The notes below the pieces were generated by a model. The model saw only the letters and a program-made list of their open reading frames with translations, searched no databases and was not told the DNA's origin. A DNA stretch of 32,000 bases, taken from assembly GCF_000195975.1 (NCBI RefSeq), contig NC_005070.1, positions 1,680,001 to 1,712,000 on the forward strand. Reading direction: 5' to 3'. The position numbers and the translations under genes are program-made. Origin of the DNA: Parasynechococcus marenigrum WH 8102 (GTDB lineage: Bacteria > Cyanobacteriota > Cyanobacteriia > PCC-6307 > Cyanobiaceae). Every line of letters begins with the position of its first letter. The stretch's first letter is position 1. Below, in pieces: positions 1 through 6,903 of this stretch.

Positions 1-117
1 TGGGCTCGGTAGCCGGATGATCTCCGGATCAGCAAACAGGTTGTAGAGAAACGGTCCGACATCCTGAATGCGTTCGGGTCCCCCCAGATTCAGCAGGACG
101 ACGCCGACGCGGGACAT
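1..117 (-). CDS. hemH: ferrochelatase, N-terminal 39 codons; the gene runs off the window start
   Basis: Minus-strand translation from the ATG at 117..115 gives [39 protein letters not shown], a typical ferrochelatase N-terminus. It is absent from the ORF track because the window edge truncates it. Confidence 0.8.
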   Translation of the reverse strand, partial: MSRVGVVLLNLGGPERIQDVGPFLYNLFADPEIIRLPSP

Positions 118-189
118 GCCAACAACCGTGAAATCAGGGGCTTGAGCGTAACCCGCGTCAACGTCATCTTGGGCGCTGAAGCCTCAGCT

Positions 190-1332
190 ATGGACCTTCG
201 CAACAGCCTGAATGCCCTCAACGCGCAGCTGGCTGTCCAGGGGACACGGCTGCGCATCGAGCAACGGGGCCAGAGCCTCAACCTGAGGGGACCGCTGCCG
301 CTGCGGGAAGAAACGTCCAAAACCAAGGTGCAGCGCATCAGCCTGGGGCTCCGGGCCGATGCCGCTGGCCTGCAGGAGGCCAGGGAGAGCCTGGATCAGG
401 TTCAACGGCAGCTGGATCGTGAGCGCTTCAACTGGGAGGACTGGCAGAGCAAGCCGCGCGGATCAACCGGAACCGGTGCAGACGCAGCGATCGGCTCCTT
501 CGAACAAGCCTTTTTCAGCGACCCCCGCCGTCGCCGCGCCGCCGCCGGCAGCCGCACCACCTGGAGTGGGGCCTACCTCCCCTACCTGAGACGCCTGCGC
601 CACCTCAGCGGTGAAGCCCCACTCAACGCTGCATTGCTACTGCAAACCCTGCGCAGTTACGAGGATGGAAGCCGCAGTCGCCAGCAGTGTTCCACGGCCC
701 TCGCGGCCCTGGCCCAGCATCTCGGCCTTGCCCTGCCGGAGGACTGGCGACAGGAAGCCGGCGGCTATGGGCTGCACCGGGCACGCTTCCGGCAGCTGCC
801 GACAGACGCACAGATCCTCGAAGCGGTGCTGCGGATCCCCAACCCCCGATGGCGGCTGGCCTACGGCCTGATGGCCACCTATGGATTGCGCAACCACGAG
901 GTGTTTTTCTGCGATCTCAGTGCCTTGGCCGAGCACGGTGACCGGGTGATCCGGGTGCTGCCCACCACCAAAACAGGTGAACACCAGGTGTGGCCATTCC
1001 AGCCTGAGTGGGTGGACCGCTTCAGCCTCACCAGCCTGGGGAGCTGTGAGGAGGCACTGCCGCAGATCCAGACCGATCTGCGCCGCACCACCCTGCAGCA
1101 GGTGGGGCGACGGGTGAGTGAACAGTTCCGCCGCTACGCCTTGCCGATCACCCCCTACGACCTGCGCCATGCCTGGGCCGTGCGCACCATCCACATCGGA
1201 CTTCCCGATACCGTTGCCGCCAGGATGATGGGACACTCCGTGGCGATCCACACCCGCACGTATCACCACTGGATCACCCGTCGTGATCAACAGCAGGCGG
1301 TGGATGCAGCCCTGGCACGCCAGCAGGCCTGA
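190..1332 (+). CDS. tyrosine recombinase / phage-integrase-family protein
   Basis: The ORF is 142..1332; 142 is TTG and the first ATG is at 190. C-terminal catalytic-domain signatures are YGLRNHEV (Arg box), TKTGEHQVWPF, PYDLRHAWAV (box II Arg) and MMGHSVAIHTRTYHHW (GH...Y nucleophile). The stop overlaps the next ATG (TGATG). Confidence 0.8.
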   Translation: MDLRNSLNALNAQLAVQGTRLRIEQRGQSLNLRGPLPLREETSKTKVQRISLGLRADAAGLQEARESLDQVQRQLDRERFNWEDWQSKPRGSTGTGADAAIGSFEQAFFSDPRRRRAAAGSRTTWSGAYLPYLRRLRHLSGEAPLNAALLLQTLRSYEDGSRSRQQCSTALAALAQHLGLALPEDWRQEAGGYGLHRARFRQLPTDAQILEAVLRIPNPRWRLAYGLMATYGLRNHEVFFCDLSALAEHGDRVIRVLPTTKTGEHQVWPFQPEWVDRFSLTSLGSCEEALPQIQTDLRRTTLQQVGRRVSEQFRRYALPITPYDLRHAWAVRTIHIGLPDTVAARMMGHSVAIHTRTYHHWITRRDQQQAVDAALARQQA

Positions 1333-1976
1333 TGAGCTCCTTTCTGCGGCCACTGGCCTACCGGCATCGCTGGATCTACGACCTGGTGACGGCCGTCTCG
1401 TCGTTGAGTGTCGGCGGGGTGGCGCGGTTGCGAGGCTTGGGGTTGGAGGCTTTAGGCCCCCATCTCAACCCGGACGCCGCCGTGCTCGACCTCTGCTGCG
1501 GCAGCGGCGAGGCGGCCGCCCCCTGGCTGGAGGCCGGCTACCGCGTCACAGGGCTCGACATCTCACCGCGTGCCCTTGCCCTCGCGGCGCAACGGCATCC
1601 CGCGATGACCCGGGTGGAAGGATTGGCGGAAGACCCCCCACTGGCGGATGGAAGCTTCGCGGCCATCCAGCTGAGTGTGGCACTGCACGAATTCCCGCGG
1701 AGCGACCGGGAGGCGGTGCTGCGCAGCTGTCTGCGGCTGCTGCAACCCGGTGGCTGGCTGGTGGTGGTGGACCTGCACCCAGCAGGGCCATGGCTGCAGC
1801 TACCGCAGCAGTTGTTCTGTGCCCTGTTTGAAACCGACACCGCCACCGCCATGCTGGAGGACGACCTCCCCGCTCAGCTGAAGCAGCTGGGTTTCTCTGC
1901 GGTGAACCAGGAACTGTTGGCGGGTCAGGCTTTGCAACGCATCACCGCAACCCGTTCCGCAGCCAGCACGTCCTAA
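1332..1976 (+). CDS. class I SAM-dependent methyltransferase
   Basis: Motif I is VLDLCCGSGEAA, followed by VTGLDISP and LLQPGGWLVVVD (post-I/II/III pattern). There is a 1-nt overlap with the genes on both sides (TGATG at 1330-1334, TAATG at 1974-1978). Confidence 0.8.
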   Translation: MSSFLRPLAYRHRWIYDLVTAVSSLSVGGVARLRGLGLEALGPHLNPDAAVLDLCCGSGEAAAPWLEAGYRVTGLDISPRALALAAQRHPAMTRVEGLAEDPPLADGSFAAIQLSVALHEFPRSDREAVLRSCLRLLQPGGWLVVVDLHPAGPWLQLPQQLFCALFETDTATAMLEDDLPAQLKQLGFSAVNQELLAGQALQRITATRSAASTS

Positions 1977-2641
1977 TGAGCAGCAGCGATCTCGATCAAT
2001 CCGCCGCCGAACTGGGCATGGGGGGCAAGCTCGCCCCTGAAGCCGACGATGCCGGTTACCGCAAGCGGATGGAACGGCGCCAGCAGGTGCAGAAACAGCG
2101 GGTGGAGGAACGCAACAAAGAAAAGGGATTAGTGCTGGTGTTCACCGGCCAGGGGAAGGGCAAAACCACCGCTGGGCTGGGGCTGGTGTTGCGCAGCCTG
2201 GGCCATGGCGAGCGGGTGGCGATCGTGCAGTTCATCAAGGGGGGATGGGAACCCGGAGAAGCACGGGCGCTGAAAGCCTTCGGCGATCAGGTGAGCTGGC
2301 ATGCCCTTGGGGAGGGGTTCACATGGGAAACCCAGGACCGGGAACGGGATCAACAGCTGGTGGAAGAGGCCTGGCAAACCGCCCTGGGGTACCTGCGTGA
2401 TGGCGCTGTGAAACTGGTCCTGCTGGACGAGCTGAATGTGGCCCTGAAGCTGGGCTACATCGACGCCGAAACGGTGATTGCCGGCTTGAACGATCGCCCG
2501 GAGCTCACCCATGTGGCGGTGACCGGCCGCGGGGCGCCCGCAGCTCTGGTGGAGAGAGCTGATCTAGTGACAGAGATGACCCTGGTCCACCACCCGTTCC
2601 GCGAGCAGGGCGTCAAGGCCCAGGCAGGAATCGAGTACTGA
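1976..2641 (+). CDS. cobO: cob(I)yrinic acid a,c-diamide adenosyltransferase (CobA/CobO/BtuR family)
   Basis: It has the P-loop-like GLVLVFTGQGKGKTTAGLG, plus VAIVQFIKG, LVLLDELN and VVTGRGAP, typical of CobO. There is a basic N-terminal extension of about 50 aa. Confidence 0.85.
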   Translation: MSSSDLDQSAAELGMGGKLAPEADDAGYRKRMERRQQVQKQRVEERNKEKGLVLVFTGQGKGKTTAGLGLVLRSLGHGERVAIVQFIKGGWEPGEARALKAFGDQVSWHALGEGFTWETQDRERDQQLVEEAWQTALGYLRDGAVKLVLLDELNVALKLGYIDAETVIAGLNDRPELTHVAVTGRGAPAALVERADLVTEMTLVHHPFREQGVKAQAGIEY

Positions 2642-2644
2642 CGA

Positions 2645-2833
2645 TCAGGCTGTTGCTTCCAGATCCTCGTTGAGACGCTTGGTGGCTTCCGTCAACACGG
2701 AGAGGCCACTCACCAGCAAGGCCCGATGCACCACAGGATCCTTCCAGCAAGCGGGATCGCAGCTGGCCCGTTCCAGGGCCGACAGGGTCAGTCTGGCCAT
2801 CACACCGCTGTGACTGCTTTCGGTCTCGGGCAT
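2645..2833 (-). CDS. hypothetical small protein (62 aa from the ATG at 2833; the ORF is open to 2899)
   Basis: It fills the otherwise empty 245-nt cobO-pyrH spacer. Third codon positions are mostly G/C, as in neighbouring real genes. There is no recognisable motif and no clear SD. Confidence 0.3.
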   Translation of the reverse strand: MPETESSHSGVMARLTLSALERASCDPACWKDPVVHRALLVSGLSVLTEATKRLNEDLEATA

Positions 2834-2916
2834 CCGGTCGGAACGGTTCACCCATCCAAACGAGGGCAGGGTGATCTGGCCAGTACTTGCTACTGTCATT
2901 TGGATCTGGGAACCGG

Positions 2917-3630
2917 ATGACCTATTCCCGTGTGCTGCTGAAGCTCAGCGGCGAAGCCCTGATGGGTACGCAGGGTTATGGAATCGACCCCGCCATCGTG
3001 AATTCGATCGCCTCCGACGTCGCCAAGGTGGTGGCCGGGGGCACGGAACTGGCCATCGTGGTGGGCGGCGGCAACATCTTCCGTGGCCTCAAAGGATCTG
3101 CGGCTGGGATGGAGCGGGCCACGGCGGACTACGTCGGCATGTTGGCCACGGTGATGAATGCCATCACTCTGCAGGACGGATTGGAGCGGGCCGGAGTCCC
3201 CACCCGGGTGCAAACGGCCATTGCGATGCAGGAAGTTGCGGAGCCATACATCCGCCGCAAGGCGATGCGACATCTGGAGAAGGGTCGGGTGGTGGTGTTC
3301 GGCGCCGGTTGCGGCAATCCCTTCTTCACCACCGACACCACCGCAGCCCTGCGGGCCGCTGAAATCAATGCCGATGTGGTGTTCAAGGCCACCAAGGTGG
3401 ATGGGGTCTACGACAAGGATCCGGCCAAGCATGCCGACGCTGTGAAGCATGCCCATCTCACCTATCAGGATGTGCTGAGCGGTGAACTGGCCGTGATGGA
3501 CAGCACCGCCATCGCCTTGTGCAAAGACAACAACATTCCGATTGTTGTTTTCAACCTGTTTGAACCTGGCAACATCGGCAGAGCCGTGGCCGGAGAACCC
3601 ATCGGATCCCGCATCGGCAATCCCGCCTGA
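2917..3630 (+). CDS. pyrH: UMP kinase
   Basis: [17 protein letters not shown]..., [37 protein letters not shown] and [12 protein letters not shown] are canonical PyrH motifs. The ATG at 2917 is preferred over the TTG at 2887. Confidence 0.93.
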   Translation: MTYSRVLLKLSGEALMGTQGYGIDPAIVNSIASDVAKVVAGGTELAIVVGGGNIFRGLKGSAAGMERATADYVGMLATVMNAITLQDGLERAGVPTRVQTAIAMQEVAEPYIRRKAMRHLEKGRVVVFGAGCGNPFFTTDTTAALRAAEINADVVFKATKVDGVYDKDPAKHADAVKHAHLTYQDVLSGELAVMDSTAIALCKDNNIPIVVFNLFEPGNIGRAVAGEPIGSRIGNPA

Positions 3631-3669
3631 CAACGCAGCCACGCCCGCACGCCTCTTTCCTCAGCAACC

Positions 3670-4218
3670 ATGTCGACCCAGGACCTCGAAGCCAGCATGC
3701 GCAAGTCGGTGGAGGCCACCCAGCGCAACTTCAACACGATCCGCACCGGCCGGGCAAATTCCTCCCTGCTCGATCGGATCAGCGTGGAGTACTACGGCGC
3801 CGAGACACCGCTGAAATCCCTCGCCACGTTGTCGACCCCGGATTCCCAGACGATCCAAATCCAGCCCTTCGACATCAGCGCCCTGGCCTCGATCGAAAAG
3901 GCGATCGCCATGAGCGAGCTGGGCTTCACCCCCAACAACGACGGCAAGATCATCCGGATCAACGTGCCGCCCCTCACCGAAGAACGCCGCAAGGAATTCT
4001 GCAAGCTTGCCTCCAAATACGCAGAGGAAGGCAAGGTGGCCCTGCGCAACCTGCGCCGCGACGCGATCGACAAAGTCAAGAAGCAGGAAAAAGACGGCGA
4101 CTTCTCGGAAGATCAAAGCCGTGATGAACAGGATGCCGTTCAAAAGACACTCGACAAGTTCATCGCCGAACTGGAGAAGCACTTGGCCGACAAGGAAGCC
4201 GACATTCTCAAGGTCTAG
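3670..4218 (+). CDS. frr: ribosome recycling factor
   Basis: A 182-aa protein with [49 protein letters not shown] and NLRRDAIDK. It sits immediately after pyrH, the conserved pyrH-frr pair. Confidence 0.95.
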   Translation: MSTQDLEASMRKSVEATQRNFNTIRTGRANSSLLDRISVEYYGAETPLKSLATLSTPDSQTIQIQPFDISALASIEKAIAMSELGFTPNNDGKIIRINVPPLTEERRKEFCKLASKYAEEGKVALRNLRRDAIDKVKKQEKDGDFSEDQSRDEQDAVQKTLDKFIAELEKHLADKEADILKV

Positions 4219-4230
4219 CTTTGCAGTGCG

Positions 4231-4266
4231 TTGAGCCGGTAACAGACCTGCCTGACATCGGCTCAA
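4231..4266 (+). terminator. possible frr 3' hairpin
   Basis: A perfect 8-bp stem, TTGAGCCG (4231-4238) / CGGCTCAA (4259-4266), with a 20-nt loop, starts 13 nt after the frr stop. No U-tract follows, so it is not a canonical intrinsic terminator. Confidence 0.3.
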
Positions 4267-4675
4267 TCAATCAGGAGAGTGCAATAAAACCAAGAGACTT
4301 GATTCGATCAGCTGAACCGAACGAGCCCCTAAAATACTGTTAATAATCCTTCCCGAGAAAACTTCAATTCAGAAGTCTGGGATTTTCAACGACCCCCTGA
4401 ACAGCTGGGCAGCTTCCGGAGAACTGGACAATATGAATTCAAACGCACGCGCAAGGTATCTGCCGGTGCTTGCTATTGAACCGCGACGGTCGTGGGGCCT
4501 GAACAGTGCCGTCCCAAGAAATACGACTACCTTAACCATCAATAGTTGCTTAAAAAGACAAGTTCAAAGCCAAGACGCGAACCATGACTGAAGCGAATCC
4601 GACCGTCTCATCAGCAGAACCAACTGGCCTTGGCAATGACAACCACCGTGAATCAAATGTCAGCGACAAATCAGA

Positions 4676-5176
4676 TCAAGAGGCCATCAAAAGAGAAGCA
4701 ACTTTGTAAACCACTCCAATCAACAAAGCGATAATCAAGACAGATCCCAGCCAGGCGCCAAAGATCGAGGACGCAAAAATGATTGCGATCAAAAAGACGA
4801 CCACGCCACAAATACCCTTCGCAACAAAAACAATCCAGTCCCTTACGGTGAACGCCTTAAATTGCGCCAAGAGAGAGGTTGGACGTCTTGGAGGCTCTGA
4901 AGAGGAAACAGTCTTGGCTTGCTGCGACGAACGAACAATGTCAAGCAGAGATTCAGGGCCGCCCATCTTTTCGTACTCAGCCAAAGTGATTCTGAGCAAG
5001 TCAGGCGAACTCAACGCATCGGGAATTGGCAAGTCAGGATCTTCTCCAACCACCAAAACGGTTAGATCATCACTCAATCTGCGACGAATACGAAAGCCCA
5101 CCTGCATTGCCTTGAGTTCCAAACGCTCGCGCTGAACAACACCAAGTCCCAAGAAGATGATTCCCGGCTTTTCCAT
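4676..5176 (-). CDS. hypothetical membrane protein: BRCT-like N-terminal domain plus two C-terminal TM helices
   Basis: A 519-nt ORF in AT-rich DNA, where stops should be frequent. The ATG at 5176 (MEKPGIIFLGLG...) is preferred over the TTG at 5194. GIIFLGLGVVQRERLELKAMQVGFRIRRRLSDDLTVLVVGEDPD follows the BRCT pattern (F..G...R..l...a...G..v....s..t.LV.Ge). The C-terminus, IVFVAKGICGVVVFLIAIIFASSIFGAWLGSVLIIALLIGVVYKVASLL, is strongly hydrophobic. Confidence 0.6.
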   Translation of the reverse strand: MEKPGIIFLGLGVVQRERLELKAMQVGFRIRRRLSDDLTVLVVGEDPDLPIPDALSSPDLLRITLAEYEKMGGPESLLDIVRSSQQAKTVSSSEPPRRPTSLLAQFKAFTVRDWIVFVAKGICGVVVFLIAIIFASSIFGAWLGSVLIIALLIGVVYKVASLLMAS

Positions 5177-5412
5177 TATTAACGAAGCCCACAATCTAAT
5201 ACTGGACTCTTTTTAGCAGAGCATGCCCTCCAAAACAACTCAATTTGTTACGGAGCATTGCAGAATCTGGCGCCTCAAATCACCTTTCCCTCACAGAGCA
5301 AAGGACACACCCAGAGGATCAATGCCGAGACAGCTTTCAAAGAAGCGACCAGAAGGATCAGCATCATCGACATGAGGGTGGTAGGGCCAACACCACTCCA
5401 AGGATTACAGAC

Positions 5413-5577
5413 ATGTCTTTCGACAATGATGTTCGAGTCGTCAGGGCTCAACAAGAAACAATCATGAGACTGCTCGCTCAAACCATCACGCAGATGATGG
5501 CGCTGCATGGAGTCAGCAAGGAACCTGGCTGTGCATCAAGCGTTGAATTGATCGTGAGTCGTTGGCACAACCGCTAG
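5413..5577 (+). CDS. hypothetical small protein (54 aa); coding strand uncertain
   Basis: The ATG at 5413 is preceded by AAGGA about 9 nt upstream. First codon positions are purine-rich in this frame. An antisense ORF (5275..5508) in exact codon register and ORF 5513..5698 (-) are competing models. Confidence 0.3.
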   Translation: MSFDNDVRVVRAQQETIMRLLAQTITQMMALHGVSKEPGCASSVELIVSRWHNR

Positions 5578-5757
5578 TGAAGAGGCAGGGGTATGGATTA
5601 ACGGGGAAGGGGCAGCGGTCGAAACATTGCTGTCTCATCTCTTTTTGACCTGTGTGCGCCTCATGGTTGGCGATGATGAATGGGTTACAGAAGGGCACTT
5701 GCAGAACGTGTTAAGACTCAACCTTGGCCAAAACCCAGTCCTTGACATCGTCGAGGT

Positions 5758-6903
5758 GTGAGCGTCAGTTCTGGTTGGATTCACGACACATTGATCGTCG
5801 GATCAGGGGCCGCCGGTGGAGCCGCAGCAGCCCACCTGGCGGCAGCTGGGCACAACGTGCTGGTACTAGAACGCGATGCCAAGCCGCGGATCAAACCCTG
5901 TGGTGGCGGCATGGCCGCATCAGTGCAGCAATGGTTTCCCTTCTCGCTCGAGCCGGCGGTGGAGCAGGTCATCGGGCGCGTGGATTTCAGCTGGTGTCTG
6001 GAGGATCCGGTGGTGGCCAACCTGCCGGGGGATGCGCCGTTTTGGATCGTGCGGCGCGAAAAGCTCGATCAACTCTTGGTGGATCAGGCCATTGGGGCAG
6101 GCGCGGAACGGCTCACAGGCGTTGAAGTCGTCGATATCTGCCGCAGCAGAGATGTGTGGGAAGTAACGGCAAGCGATGGTCGCCGTTGGCAAGCCAAGGC
6201 AGTGGTGATTGCCGATGGGTCGAATTCGCCTTGGCCCCAACGGCTCGGCCTTGGAGCCAAGCATCCACAGTTGGCAACCACCATGTCGGTACGACTGGAG
6301 GGTCAGGGCAATGTGGCCGATGGAAGTACCCGCTTTGAATTCGGACTGGTGAAGCAGGGCTTTGCCTGGGCGTTTCCGATCGCCGATGGAGTGAACATCG
6401 GTGTCGGCAGCTTCATCGGCAAACAAGACGCTGACCCAGATCAAGTTTTGGCTCAGCTCTTACCAGATCTAGGCTTCCCTGCCGATGCCGGTATCCGTCA
6501 GCGGGGCAAGCTGCGCGTTTGGAGTGGCCATCATCGCCTCGATGGCAACGGCATTGTGGTCGTCGGCGATGCAGCGTCGCTTTGCGATCCATTTTTGGCA
6601 GAAGGATTACGTCCCGCCCTGATGAGTGGCTGCGAGGCTGCTCGGCATCTGAACCAATGGCTCAAGGGCGACAGTAAGGATCTGCAGGGCTACAGCCGCA
6701 CGATGCGAAAGCGCTGGGGGGAGTCGATGGCTTGGGGCCGGCGTATTTCGCAGGTTTTTTACAGATTCCCAGGAGTGGGCTATCAGCTTGGAATCAAGCG
6801 GCCCACCGCGCCACGGCGCATTGCCCAGATCCTGTCGGGAGAGCTGGGCTACGGCGACATCGCCCAGCGGGTAATCAAAAGGCTGCTGTTGCAGCGCAAC
6901 TAA
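5758..6903 (+). CDS. FAD-dependent oxidoreductase, geranylgeranyl-reductase family
   Basis: The N-terminal dinucleotide-binding motif is DTLIVGSGAAGGAAAAHLAAAGHNVLVLERD, followed by KPCGGGM. VVVGDAASLCDPFLAEGL is the GD motif. It has a GTG start. Confidence 0.8.
   Translation: MSVSSGWIHDTLIVGSGAAGGAAAAHLAAAGHNVLVLERDAKPRIKPCGGGMAASVQQWFPFSLEPAVEQVIGRVDFSWCLEDPVVANLPGDAPFWIVRREKLDQLLVDQAIGAGAERLTGVEVVDICRSRDVWEVTASDGRRWQAKAVVIADGSNSPWPQRLGLGAKHPQLATTMSVRLEGQGNVADGSTRFEFGLVKQGFAWAFPIADGVNIGVGSFIGKQDADPDQVLAQLLPDLGFPADAGIRQRGKLRVWSGHHRLDGNGIVVVGDAASLCDPFLAEGLRPALMSGCEAARHLNQWLKGDSKDLQGYSRTMRKRWGESMAWGRRISQVFYRFPGVGYQLGIKRPTAPRRIAQILSGELGYGDIAQRVIKRLLLQRN

Larger units (their letters stand above)
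4235..5600. other. low-GC genomic islet inserted between the core genes frr and an FAD oxidoreductase
   Basis: Hand counts on 60-nt lines give 26/60 G+C for 4261-4320 and 23/60 for 4681-4740, against 35/60 for 601-660. The islet contains only orphan-looking ORFs. Confidence 0.65.

Noticed and set aside
140-182. An imperfect inverted repeat, GCTTGAGCG / CGCTGAAGC, upstream of the recombinase gene, considered as a possible dif-like site.
   Set aside because: It has one mismatch and a 25-nt spacer. dif-type sites have two arms of about 11 nt with a 6-8-nt spacer. It also overlaps the possible TTG-extended coding region.
2896-3642. A 248-aa ORF antisense to pyrH. The same applies to 3661..4266 antisense to frr, 637..1353 antisense to the integrase, 14281..15084 antisense to the phosphatase gene, and 22118..22880 opposite proS/psb27.
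   Set aside because: Each is the mirror frame of a strongly supported gene. None has a motif, and all have biased Arg/Gly/His composition. They look like GC-rich frame artefacts.
3901-3908. The HIP1 palindrome GCGATCGC, also present at 17115-17122.
   Set aside because: I saw only two copies in 32 kb, so it is not enriched and carries no signal here.
4221-4237. TTGCAGTGCGTTGAGCC at the left islet border against TTGCAGAACGTGTTAAGAC at 5699-5717 on the right border, as a possible att-like direct repeat.
   Set aside because: Only about 12 positions match, and that requires gaps. This cannot be distinguished from chance without comparative data.
4396-4506. The 9-mer CCTGAACAG repeated 102 nt apart inside the ORF-free spacer.
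   Set aside because: A single 9-mer repeat in about 440 nt is roughly what chance predicts.
4531-4556. CTTAACCA and CTTAAAAA, which resemble cyanobacterial Pho-box half sites (PyTTAAPyPy[T/A]).
   Set aside because: The two units are offset by 18 nt, not the 11-nt periodicity of Pho boxes. They are not upstream of any gene start.
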